A stretch of DNA of 64,000 nucleotides from an uncultured Enterobacteriaceae bacterium (GTDB lineage Bacteria; Desulfobacterota; Binatia; Bin18), in assembly GCA_964495015.1 (NCBI GenBank), contig CAZBUD010000001.1, positions 69,357 through 133,356 of the forward strand. Reading direction: 5' to 3'. Under the pieces are notes generated by a model. It ran no database searches, had not been told where the DNA came from, and saw nothing but the letters and a program-made list of their open reading frames with translations. A program made the translations under genes and the position numbers. This document shows positions 25,388 to 33,958 of the stretch, one piece after another. Each line of letters starts with the position of its first letter. Within the stretch, counting starts at the first letter, position 1.

Positions 25388-26026
25388 ATGGCCGACATCA
25401 AAAATTGGACTCTACGTGGCGACTGGTTTGACGTCTGCAGCTGCAATATCGCCTGTCCGTGTGAGTTCGCCCAAGCGCCAACAAACAATCACTGCGATGG
25501 CGTCCTGGCTTATCACGTTCGAGAAGGTAGCTACGGGTCCGTGCATCTCGATGGGTCGAGTGTCGTTGCGGTCGCCAGCTTCGACGGCAATGTGTGGGCT
25601 GGGGAGGCAAGTATTTCACTCGGACTATTCATCGACGAACAAGCCGACACGGAGCAACGTGAGGCCTTGCAACTCATCTTTTCGGGTCAGGCTGGCGGAT
25701 TTATGGGGAATTTTGCTCAATCCATCGGCGAGGTGCGGGGTATAGAGTTTGTCCCTATTAACTTTGAAGTTGCAGACGATCTCGCCTCCTGGAAGGTTGA
25801 GATTGCAAATAAAGTCAGAGCCTTTGCTGAGGCGCTATCTGGTCCAACCACACCGAAAGGCAAACGCGTCCAGCTACTCAATCCGCCGGGATCTGAAGTT
25901 GGTCCTGGTCAAGTCGCGACATGGGGTAAAACGGTCGAAAATCAAGTCGATGCCTACGGTTTTCAGTGGGACTGGGCCGGTCAATCGAGTAAGCATATTC
26001 CGTTTGATTGGAGTGGCCCAGCATAG
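25388..26026 (+). CDS. DUF1326-family protein
   Basis: The start is chosen at ATG 25388. WTLRGDWFDVCSCNIACPCEFAQAPT is the characteristic N-terminal Cys-rich motif of DUF1326 as I recall it. Confidence 0.7.
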   Translation: MADIKNWTLRGDWFDVCSCNIACPCEFAQAPTNNHCDGVLAYHVREGSYGSVHLDGSSVVAVASFDGNVWAGEASISLGLFIDEQADTEQREALQLIFSGQAGGFMGNFAQSIGEVRGIEFVPINFEVADDLASWKVEIANKVRAFAEALSGPTTPKGKRVQLLNPPGSEVGPGQVATWGKTVENQVDAYGFQWDWAGQSSKHIPFDWSGPA

Positions 26027-26081
26027 ACCGGAGGACCATCCACGTCGATTCGAGGTTCCGGCCTGACCAGTTTGGAGAAAC

Positions 26082-26129
26082 GGCAAGGGAAAGGCTCATG
26101 TTAGGGGGGGCATGAGCACTTTCCCTGCC
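26082..26129. other. long imperfect hairpin between convergent genes (possible bidirectional terminator or REP)
   Basis: ggcaagggaaaggctcatg-ttaggggggg-catgagcactttccctgcc. A 19-nt stem with one indel and a 10-nt loop containing G7. Confidence 0.5.
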
Positions 26130-26200
26130 GCTGCTTAGGGAAGGAGGAAGAGAGTTACTTACTCAGACGCAAAATACACGTTGATATTCAACAGTACCAA

Positions 26201-26914
26201 CTAGTCCGACAAATATTCTATCTTCTCCAAAAAGGCCGCTGCGCCACCGAAAGTCCCTTTCGTATTCATCTGAAAACCAAGCCGACTTATGGGTGGAACA
26301 ATTGCTTGGCCAAACTGAGTGCGAAAAGCGAGGCCCAAGTCGAACTCTGTCACAACGACCTTTCCGAACGGCACGCCGCACGGCGTACAGAAATAGCGCC
26401 CACCCTTTTTGTAATAATTCCCTGTATACACTTGATTGTCTTGTTCTTTTTCGCCTAAGAAGAGGCCGATGAAATACGGGGCGTTGGGAACGAACAACGA
26501 TCCGCTGCTTATTTTTTTTGTCCCAAACGAGGTCATTACCGCAATGGGGACTGCGGTGACTCCCCTCTCCCAATCCGCTCCTCGTGGATAACGGTCCACC
26601 CCCCAATGAATGCGGAGCCGTTTTGCATTCGACAAGTTGAGCGGCACCTCGAAGAGTCCCCTTTTTTTTCGAGTAGTCTGCAACACCAAACGGTTGTTCT
26701 GGAAATGTGGCTGTAAGTCATCCGCATCAAGCCGCCAGCCAAAACCCTGACGTTTTAACCATTCGTTCGCGGGTCCATCAGGCTGGCCAGAGAAGTCGAG
26801 TCTATACAGCACTTCCGCACTGGCCACGGAAACGGACACAATGCAGACGAGACCGAATAAGAGACTAATGAACAATAGTCTTTCAGCCCCCATCAAACGA
26901 GAACGGTAAAACAT
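26201..26914 (-). CDS. secreted hypothetical protein, possibly a distant DUF3047-like jelly-roll protein
   Basis: The start is chosen at ATG 26914 (RBS GGAGGA). It has a signal peptide (LLFISLLFGLVCIVSVSVASA). The overall block layout (LRIHWGV..P.GADW, terminal ..FLEKIEY) loosely parallels the DUF3047 protein at 45675..46427. Confidence 0.5.
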   Translation of the reverse strand: MFYRSRLMGAERLLFISLLFGLVCIVSVSVASAEVLYRLDFSGQPDGPANEWLKRQGFGWRLDADDLQPHFQNNRLVLQTTRKKRGLFEVPLNLSNAKRLRIHWGVDRYPRGADWERGVTAVPIAVMTSFGTKKISSGSLFVPNAPYFIGLFLGEKEQDNQVYTGNYYKKGGRYFCTPCGVPFGKVVVTEFDLGLAFRTQFGQAIVPPISRLGFQMNTKGTFGGAAAFLEKIEYLSD

Positions 26915-27095
26915 GAATACTTTCCTCCGTCGCCCCATACTCACAACCCACAGGGTACATATTTTTTCCCGCAGAGAACGCCAACGGCAATTTGCGTGTC
27001 TGCAGTCCTCTCTCTTGGCTCGCTGACTTGACGCTAGCGTGGATCCAGTCGAGAATACCTTGCATCATATTTCTGCGTCATAAAGGAGAACAAAT

Positions 27096-28088
27096 ATGGC
27101 TCGTATTGGTCTCGCCCTGGCCGGTGGTATGTCTCCCACAGATATTGTTGACTGCGTAAAACATGCTGAAGAGCTGGGTTATGAATCTGCCTGGTTTGCA
27201 GAAGGCCACGGCGGAGATCAATTCTGTATTCTGACAGCGTGCGCGTTGGCAACACATCGTATTCTACTAGGGACCAGTATTAGCAGCATTTTCGTGCGTA
27301 GTGCGCCCACCATTGCCATGGCAGCTGCGTGTGTTGATTACTATTCTCAGCAGCGTCTCATTTTGGGCCTGGGCTCGAGCCACAAAGTCCAGGTTGAACC
27401 GGAACATAGCATCCCCTATGGCCAGCCTGTACAGCGCATGCGGGAAACCGTTGAAATTATCCGCACGCTGCTGCGCGAAGGAGAGGTATCGTATCAGGGA
27501 GAAGTCCTCACGATTGAACATTTCGACCTCTGGTTTCAACCTGCCCGCAAAGAGATTCCGATCTATCTTTCGGCCGTTTTTCCTCAGATGCTGCAAACCT
27601 GCGGTGAGATCGCACAGGGTACCATTCTGGTCTGGAGTGCGCCTGAAGTAGGAAAACTCGCAGCTGAAAACCTTAAGATCGGCGCCCAACGAGCGGGACG
27701 TCGTGTGGAAGATATCGACATTGTCTCGCTTCTACCAATGAGTGTTTCCGAAGACCGTAAGGAGGCAATGGCGCGAATACGCCCGATTATCGCTTTCTAC
27801 GGTGGATTCTTTCCTCGCTACAATCGCTCAATGGCTGAGCAAGGGTTTCCTGATGAAGCGCACGCGATCCGGGAAGCCTGGAAGCAAGGTGATAAGGAAA
27901 AGGCGATCCAACTTGTGCCGGATGCCCTGATTGAGACTCTCAGTATTGTTGGGAAGCCGGCTGAATGCCGAGAGCGTGTGGAATCCTATCGCTATTCAGG
28001 CATAGGGCATCCGGTTATTTTTCCGGTGAGTGACGGGCCTACGGGGAAACAGCATGTCCTGGAGGCAGTCCAGGCGTGTGCTCCCTAA
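27096..28088 (+). CDS. LLM-class F420/flavin-dependent oxidoreductase
   Basis: 330-aa ORF preceded by the RBS AAGGAGA. Motifs LGYESAWFAEGHGGD, RLILGLGSS and IPIYLSA. Confidence 0.85.
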   Translation: MARIGLALAGGMSPTDIVDCVKHAEELGYESAWFAEGHGGDQFCILTACALATHRILLGTSISSIFVRSAPTIAMAAACVDYYSQQRLILGLGSSHKVQVEPEHSIPYGQPVQRMRETVEIIRTLLREGEVSYQGEVLTIEHFDLWFQPARKEIPIYLSAVFPQMLQTCGEIAQGTILVWSAPEVGKLAAENLKIGAQRAGRRVEDIDIVSLLPMSVSEDRKEAMARIRPIIAFYGGFFPRYNRSMAEQGFPDEAHAIREAWKQGDKEKAIQLVPDALIETLSIVGKPAECRERVESYRYSGIGHPVIFPVSDGPTGKQHVLEAVQACAP

Positions 28089-28397
28089 TCGACGAGGATT
28101 CTTTTGTGTCAGTACGGGTGACAGGAACAGGGAGACCGGACCACGGGCATTCTTGGCCAAGAAGACCTCAGCGGTGTTTCCCGAGAATGCCCTGATGCTA
28201 GGTCGTTCCATTTGGCCCACTTGCATCAAAGACTTTCTCCCGTCTCCAGGGTTTCTCTGTATGGCTGTCTGGAGAGGTGGCCCTGTCTTGTTCATCTGGC
28301 GCTTCCATTGGTTGTCTCCAGGTTTGCCTTACAGCGGCCTTGTATCCCAAGCACGTGCTTGAAAAATAAGGATAGTCCAAAGGAGCTGTAGAGCTTT

Positions 28398-28616
28398 TTA
28401 TGCCGTCGTGGCAGCCTCGGTCTCAAGAACTTCCACTTCATCCGGAAAGACGGGTACGTTCACGCCGTTATCCCAGTCTACGAACACGAGGGGTCGGGCT
28501 AAGTTTTCTTCCTCGTAACGCAACGTGCCATAGGTCTCACGAGGTAAGAGCCCTTTTACCGTATCGATCCATCGTAGGGTATAACACCGTGCTCCAGTAC
28601 GAGATCGATCGACCAT
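28398..28616 (-). CDS. hypothetical small protein
   Basis: ATG 28616 has the RBS GAAGGA. The 72-aa product contains ..FVDWDNGVNVPVFPDEVEVL. No confident family assignment. Confidence 0.4.
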   Translation of the reverse strand: MVDRSRTGARCYTLRWIDTVKGLLPRETYGTLRYEEENLARPLVFVDWDNGVNVPVFPDEVEVLETEAATTA

Positions 28617-28955
28617 TGCTATTCCTTCACTTAAAAATTGATAGAAACGGCAATATGTGTGCCGAGTCTGCATCGACTCTCTCAACAAATGGTAATAAGG
28701 GAATTCAGCCCTTTAGGGAAAATGGGGACGAAATTGTAGTTCCTTTAAGAGTCAATTTTTGTCCCTTGGACTAAAATATTGACGCAAGGCAAAATCAAGT
28801 GAGTCCGGCGTAGAGGAGTTGCACAGCCTCTCAGCAGCTTGTTCTTATGGGGTGCATGCCGGATTGACGGAGGGGGAGTTCTCTCTATACACTGCCCGGG
28901 TAGGTGGAGATCTACTTAGGGGGGTGTGACGTGGAGGCGGCCAGAGGGGCACAGA

Positions 28956-29192
28956 ATGATTATCGATTCAGAAACCTTCGGAGAAATAGAAAATGCTGTC
29001 ACCCAGGCAACCCAGGGGATTGGTTCTGCCACACAGCTCGTCAAAGGACTTGGGCCCCAAACCGAAGAGGCTCGAGCTTATATCGGCCGTCTGCTGAATC
29101 AGATCCTCGAAGTCCAAGTCTACGTCCAACAGGCTAACGCTGTTCTCGACGCCGTTAAAGAGGCGAACCAAGAAGAGACTTCGCATCGGTGA
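28956..29192 (+). CDS. hypothetical small helical protein
   Basis: ATG 28956 has the RBS AGAGGGG. 78 aa with no motif. Confidence 0.35.
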   Translation: MIIDSETFGEIENAVTQATQGIGSATQLVKGLGPQTEEARAYIGRLLNQILEVQVYVQQANAVLDAVKEANQEETSHR

Positions 29193-29379
29193 CGTTGTAA
29201 CTCCGGATCACGTTCTGTTTCCCCCGAAGTCGCTCACTTCGCGCAATTCACCTCCCGTGCTTTCCTGCCAGGCTATTTCTCACGCTTCCCCTTTTCCCGG
29301 GTTGAGCATGCTGCATTGATGAGGAAAACAGGATTCCTCTCACTCGGGAATTGGGCTATAGTAGGGTCCAGCCCGTAAT

Positions 29380-29973
29380 ATGGTCGACAATAAAATTTTG
29401 CATATTCGTGATCGGCTTTCCAATCACAGCCCAGCTCCGGTTGATATTGAATCACCCACACGCGCTGCAGTCGCGCTGCTCCTTCAACCACAGACTGATG
29501 ACTTGCACGTTCTCTTCATCCATCGCGCCCACCATCCACAAGACCCATGGTCTGGACACATGGCTTTTCCGGGAGGCCGACATGAGCCAGAGGATCCAGA
29601 CCTGTTCGTCACAATCGAGCGTGAGACACACGAAGAAGTCGGAATCAATCTCAATGCTCAGGGCGAATATCTCGGTCGTCTGGCTGAGGTGCAAGCCATG
29701 GCTCGTGGGAAAAATACGGGCATGGCCGTTGCCCCTTTTGTCTATCTCGTGTCTGGGGAAGCGACCCCTATCCCTGATCCAGTTGAGGTACAAGATACTA
29801 TTTGGGTGCCGCTGTCGTTTATGCAGCAAGAAGATGTTGAACAGATCGTGCAACGGGATCTTCCAGACGGATCAACGATTCAAGTCCCAGCTTTGCTCTA
29901 TGGCGGAAAAACTATCTGGGGCCTAACCTACCGCATGCTGCGGGGATTTTTGGAACTCATTAACGAGTCGTGA
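29380..29973 (+). CDS. NUDIX hydrolase, CoA pyrophosphatase-like
   Basis: 197 aa. It has the Nudix box GGRHEPEDPDLFVTIERETHEEVGI, preceded by the PWSGHMAFPGG motif typical of the NudL/CoA pyrophosphatase subgroup. Confidence 0.8.
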   Translation: MVDNKILHIRDRLSNHSPAPVDIESPTRAAVALLLQPQTDDLHVLFIHRAHHPQDPWSGHMAFPGGRHEPEDPDLFVTIERETHEEVGINLNAQGEYLGRLAEVQAMARGKNTGMAVAPFVYLVSGEATPIPDPVEVQDTIWVPLSFMQQEDVEQIVQRDLPDGSTIQVPALLYGGKTIWGLTYRMLRGFLELINES

Positions 29974-29987
29974 GGGGAGGACGTGCG

Positions 29988-30344
29988 ATGCAGCAGCTCA
30001 AGAAAAGATCTGAAGAAATCGAAGAAGCGCTTATCCCAAAACCCACAGCTGCACAAAAGCCTCACTTCGTCCGTTGTAAAATTATCGGCCCTGATGGGAA
30101 AAAGCGGCCCGGTTGGGAGATGTGGCTGGGCGAGCACTGCTTTGGTCGTTCAGACTGCAAAGAGTCACTGGTCGAGAGTCTTGAACGCCAGCTGCAACCG
30201 CCCCAGTCCTTTCACTGGCGGGAAGTCCATCGGCAGCGGTTTGAGCGCGCCCGCATAGAAAAGACCCAGGACAAGAGCGGTCAGAGAGACCCGCTAGCCC
30301 TTCCTACAGCACCTCGTGTAAAAACTCTTGTACCACGTCGGTAA
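29988..30344 (+). CDS. hypothetical basic protein
   Basis: ATG 29988 has the RBS GAGGGGAGGA, immediately after the NUDIX stop. 118 aa with no motif. Its 3' end overlaps the convergent hydrolase gene by ~40 nt. Confidence 0.35.
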   Translation: MQQLKKRSEEIEEALIPKPTAAQKPHFVRCKIIGPDGKKRPGWEMWLGEHCFGRSDCKESLVESLERQLQPPQSFHWREVHRQRFERARIEKTQDKSGQRDPLALPTAPRVKTLVPRR

Positions 30345-31131
30345 ACCCGTCCGGATTATCCAGCATCACATGATGATGCGTGTCGGGCACCTCTGCCCAG
30401 CGACTATCTGGTAAGCCCGCGCACATGCGCTCAAGTTTCTGAGGGGTGAGTATCGGGCTGTGCTGGGCTTTCACAATGAGTGTGGGGCAGGCAATTCGGG
30501 CCAACAAAGGCCAACCGTTGATAGGCTCGCGAAAGAGTGTCCGCCGATCAAACTTAGACGTCCATTTCCCGTCAGATCTCTCTTTAAAAGCAAAAGAGGC
30601 GAGATAGCGCAGCTTATCAACTGAGACTAAAGACTCACGGGGAAATAGGCGAAAACGGGCTATGGCTTGCTGAGAAGAGTCAAACACTTTGGCCGGCTTA
30701 TCGCCCATTCGACGCAGCAATGTGACAGCGGCCTCAGGATAGCCTGGTTCGATATCCACCAAGATCAAGGCGCTGAGTTCATCAGCATGTTGCGCGGCAT
30801 AAATTAGCGTGTTGTGCCCACCCATCGAGTGCCCTAAGAGGCCGTGACGGCCGATCCCTAGGGTTTGGACAAGCTGCTGCAGATCGTCAATGTAATGCCG
30901 GGTACTATAGGCTGGCGCTTCTGCATGTTGACTCTCACCGTGCCCGCGCCAATCCGGAGTAATGACGTGAAAGTCTTTGGCGAAGACGGGAGCAATAAAA
31001 TCCCACCAGCGAGCGTGGGCCGAGCCACCGTGACACAGGATCAATGGGGGTTTGCCTGCCGTGCCCCAATCGAGATGATGCAGGCGCAGGTCGTTGATAG
31101 TTACGAAATGGGACTGGGGCTGGGGCATCAC
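30304..31131 (-). CDS. alpha/beta-fold hydrolase
   Basis: 275 aa. Motifs ILCHGGSAHARWW and the nucleophile elbow GHSMGG. It is the last gene of the Mo-hydroxylase supercluster. Confidence 0.85.
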   Translation of the reverse strand: MMPQPQSHFVTINDLRLHHLDWGTAGKPPLILCHGGSAHARWWDFIAPVFAKDFHVITPDWRGHGESQHAEAPAYSTRHYIDDLQQLVQTLGIGRHGLLGHSMGGHNTLIYAAQHADELSALILVDIEPGYPEAAVTLLRRMGDKPAKVFDSSQQAIARFRLFPRESLVSVDKLRYLASFAFKERSDGKWTSKFDRRTLFREPINGWPLLARIACPTLIVKAQHSPILTPQKLERMCAGLPDSRWAEVPDTHHHVMLDNPDGFTDVVQEFLHEVL

Positions 31132-31178
31132 TTCTCAATGAAAACATATGGAAGGGCGAGGGAACCTCGTCCCTGCGG

Positions 31179-33473
31179 TTATATTCTCTTCTTGTCCAGA
31201 ATTGCTTTGGCCACTTTAGCCGGCGACATGGGAAGTTCGGTCATGCGTACCCCCGTCGCGCGGTAGATGGCGTTTGCAATCGCTGCAGGTGGCGGGATGA
31301 TCGGTACTTCGCCTACGCCACGAATCCCGATTGGATGACCGGGGTTAGCGACTTCAACCAAGATGGTTTCGATCATAGGTAGATCAAGACACGTCGGCAT
31401 ACGGTAATCCAGAAAACCCGTGTTGCATAGCGTGCCGTCCTCGGCGTAGTAGTACTCTTCATTCAGCGCCCAGCCAACTCCTTGAGCTACGCCGCCCTGA
31501 ATCTGGCCTTCCACATAACTAGGGTGAACGGCTTTACCCACATCTTGCGCTGCAGTGTAGCGCAAGATGTCGACTTTCCCGGTTTCGGGATCGACTTCTA
31601 CATCCACGACGTGCGCTGCAAAGGCCGGACCAACACCACGCGGACGGACAGACGCCCGGCCCATGACGGGTCCTCCGGCTCGTGGAAACTTTGGCGCAAG
31701 CTCTTTTAACCCCATGGACTCATGCCCGTTACTCGTACACGACACCCTGCCATCCTGGTATATAATCTCTTCGGGTTTGACCTTCCAAATAATCGCCGCC
31801 CGCTGCTTGAGTTGATCGATGGCATCTTGGGCGGCTTGGTATACAGCAAAGCCTGTCGCAAAGGTCACCCGACTGCCACCCGTCGTATCCGTATGACCGA
31901 TAGATTCCGTATCCGCGACAACGGGATGGATTTCTTCTGCCCTCAGTCCCAACACTTCCGCTGCAATCATGGCACACGATACACGACTGCCACCAATATC
32001 GGGCGAGCCAGTGACAACGTTAGCCGTTCCATCGGTATTAATACTCACGGTCGCGCTGGACTGAAATGCGGCATTAAACCAAAAGCCGGAAGCTACCCCC
32101 CGGCCGCAGAGTTTCCCATTTTCGGCTCGCGGCAGCGGCGACTCATAGTGTGCGCTGTTCTTGATCGCCTCAATGGTTTCGAGATAGCCGATCCGTTTGA
32201 ATTTGGGCCCTGCGGGTTGGGCCGTTCCTTCTTGGGCTCCATTAATACGTCGGAGTTCCAGCGGATCAATATTGAGGTTTTCCGCGATTTCATCAATAAC
32301 GGTTTCCGCAGCCATGGCCGGGTTCGTAGCGCCAGGCGCACGATAGGCACACGTCTTGGGCTTATTGAGCACCACGTCGTAGCCGTCGACCAGGAAGTTC
32401 TCCAAGTCGTACGGAGCAAGGACGGTCATACAGCCAGCGGCAACAGGCGAGCCAGGAAACGCGCCTGCTTCAAACGACAGCTGCAGTTCGGCAGCGGTGA
32501 TTTTGCCATCAGCATTCGCCCCAATTTTGACCCGAATATGCGATCCTGGCGTCGGACCAGTGGCGCGTAGAACTTCACTTCTGGACATAACCATTCTGAC
32601 CGGACGACTTGTTATCTTGGACATAAGCAGCGCCAGAGGCTCCAAATAGACAGTCGTCTTACCGCCAAAACCACCGCCAATCTCGGCTGGCACGACTTTG
32701 ATATCGCCCGGCTTTATGTGTAGCATCGAGCCGCACAATTCACGCACGGCAAACGGCCCCTGGGTACTGACCCAGACCGTAGCTCGACCGTCTTGATTGT
32801 ACTGGGCAAGCGCATTATGCGGCTCGATATAGCCCTGGTGAACCATCGTCGTACGAAACTCACGCTCGATTACGACCTCGGCAGCTGCAAAGCCGGTTTC
32901 GAGCTCACCCCGAGAAAACTGGACGTGATTCGCGATATTGGTCTCTTCATCACTGCCTTTATCGACCCCGCCTGTCCGTAAGTCGGCATGCAGGATGACA
33001 GCATCGTCCTGCATGGCCTCAAGGACGTTTTGCACAAAGGGTAGTGGTTCATACTCCACCTTGATGCGCTTCAATGCCTCATCGGCAATATGCGGGCTTG
33101 TTGCCGCGACTGCTGCGACCGCGTGTCCATCGTACAAGACCTTATCCCGGGCCATGATATTAAACGCTAAGTGGCGCGGATTGACAAAATTCTCACCTAT
33201 TTGCAGCATGCCAGGTGCAATATCGGGGAAGTCGGCTCCGGTAATGACACCTTTGACACCTGGTAGGGCTTTAGCCGCAGACGTATCAATAGATTTGATA
33301 AACGCGTGCGCATGGGGACTGCGTAACACTTTTCCGTGCAACAGTCCGGGCAGCGTAATATCCGCGCCATATCTAGCTCTGCCTGTGACCTTATCAACGC
33401 CGTCATGCCGAATCGGACGGGTTCCGATTACTTTGAATTGATGCTCCGGTTGATGCTTTTGGTCCGACTCCAT
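31179..33473 (-). CDS. Mo-hydroxylase large subunit, paralogue L2
   Basis: The start is chosen at ATG 33473 (RBS AGGAGAGGAAG). Motifs FKVIGTRPIRHDGVDKVTGRARYGAD, AEIGGGFGGK, AYRAPGATN and IRGVGEVPIIPPPAAIANAI. It is ~70% identical by eye to L1 (33959..36229). Confidence 0.9.
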   Translation of the reverse strand: MESDQKHQPEHQFKVIGTRPIRHDGVDKVTGRARYGADITLPGLLHGKVLRSPHAHAFIKSIDTSAAKALPGVKGVITGADFPDIAPGMLQIGENFVNPRHLAFNIMARDKVLYDGHAVAAVAATSPHIADEALKRIKVEYEPLPFVQNVLEAMQDDAVILHADLRTGGVDKGSDEETNIANHVQFSRGELETGFAAAEVVIEREFRTTMVHQGYIEPHNALAQYNQDGRATVWVSTQGPFAVRELCGSMLHIKPGDIKVVPAEIGGGFGGKTTVYLEPLALLMSKITSRPVRMVMSRSEVLRATGPTPGSHIRVKIGANADGKITAAELQLSFEAGAFPGSPVAAGCMTVLAPYDLENFLVDGYDVVLNKPKTCAYRAPGATNPAMAAETVIDEIAENLNIDPLELRRINGAQEGTAQPAGPKFKRIGYLETIEAIKNSAHYESPLPRAENGKLCGRGVASGFWFNAAFQSSATVSINTDGTANVVTGSPDIGGSRVSCAMIAAEVLGLRAEEIHPVVADTESIGHTDTTGGSRVTFATGFAVYQAAQDAIDQLKQRAAIIWKVKPEEIIYQDGRVSCTSNGHESMGLKELAPKFPRAGGPVMGRASVRPRGVGPAFAAHVVDVEVDPETGKVDILRYTAAQDVGKAVHPSYVEGQIQGGVAQGVGWALNEEYYYAEDGTLCNTGFLDYRMPTCLDLPMIETILVEVANPGHPIGIRGVGEVPIIPPPAAIANAIYRATGVRMTELPMSPAKVAKAILDKKRI

Positions 33474-33524
33474 ACTTCCTCTCCTACACAAAAACGGGGA
33501 AGAGTACTGTCTACCCTTCCCCGT

Positions 33525-33812
33525 TCAACCGTCATCATTACTTCGTTCGCATCCGCCCCCGATGGCTGGCACAAAATGGATTTCGCTTTCAGCCGGGACG
33601 GACTCGTGTAACCCTTCGGTACTAATTTCTCCGTTGACAGATACCGCAATGGAGCCGGTCAGGTCGCCGTTCTCGATAACACGGTCACGAAAACCAGGAA
33701 ATTGGCGTTCGAGGTCTTCAATAATTTCTCTCACCGTTGCTCCGAGCGCGTCTGTCCGATCTCTTCCACCGGTCAGTTTGCGCAGAAGTGAGGGAATAAA
33801 GACAGTTGCCAT
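33525..33812 (-). CDS. MoaD/ThiS/CysO-type beta-grasp sulfur-carrier-like protein with a C-terminal extension after Gly-Gly
   Basis: I place the start at ATG 33812, because the longer track ORF runs through a REP hairpin. MATVFIPSLLRKLTGGRDRTDALGATVREIIEDLERQFPGF..RVIENGDL..SIAVSVNGE......GL.ESVPAESEIHFVPAIGGG follows the CysO/MoaD pattern, and is followed by CERSNDDG before the stop. Confidence 0.8.
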   Translation of the reverse strand: MATVFIPSLLRKLTGGRDRTDALGATVREIIEDLERQFPGFRDRVIENGDLTGSIAVSVNGEISTEGLHESVPAESEIHFVPAIGGGCERSNDDG

Positions 33813-33925
33813 AGCAGTACCTAAAGGTTCTGGCTCTCTCCTTCCCCGCATATGCATATAAGGAAAGGTTGAGATGAATGGACCAATCTGATTTGAGATC
33901 TCGCAGACACCCCCCCCCACCCTTG

Positions 33926-33948
33926 CCCTCTCCCACAAGGGGAGAGGG
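33926..33948. repeat. REP-like GC hairpin (ccctctccc-acaag-gggagaggg), preceded by a C9 homopolymer (33910-33918)
   Basis: Read directly. It lies in the 146-nt spacer between the L1 stop (33959) and the moaD-like start (33812). Confidence 0.55.
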
Positions 33949-33958
33949 GATTTCTGGT

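Noticed and set aside
28088-28398. 310-nt gene-free region with several stems (9-bp gggcattct/agaatgccc, 7-bp tctccag/ctggaga, 14-nt palindrome caagcacgtgcttg), considered as an ncRNA or riboswitch.
   Set aside because: I recognise no known riboswitch or sRNA consensus, and there is no promoter/terminator pair. Without covariation or expression data this is not supportable.
33813-33938. N-terminal 42-codon extension of the moaD-like ORF (track ORF 33525..33938).
   Set aside because: The extension translates the C9 tract and the REP-like hairpin (..RVGGGVCEISNQ..). Family-typical sequence starts exactly at MATVFIPSL (ATG 33812).
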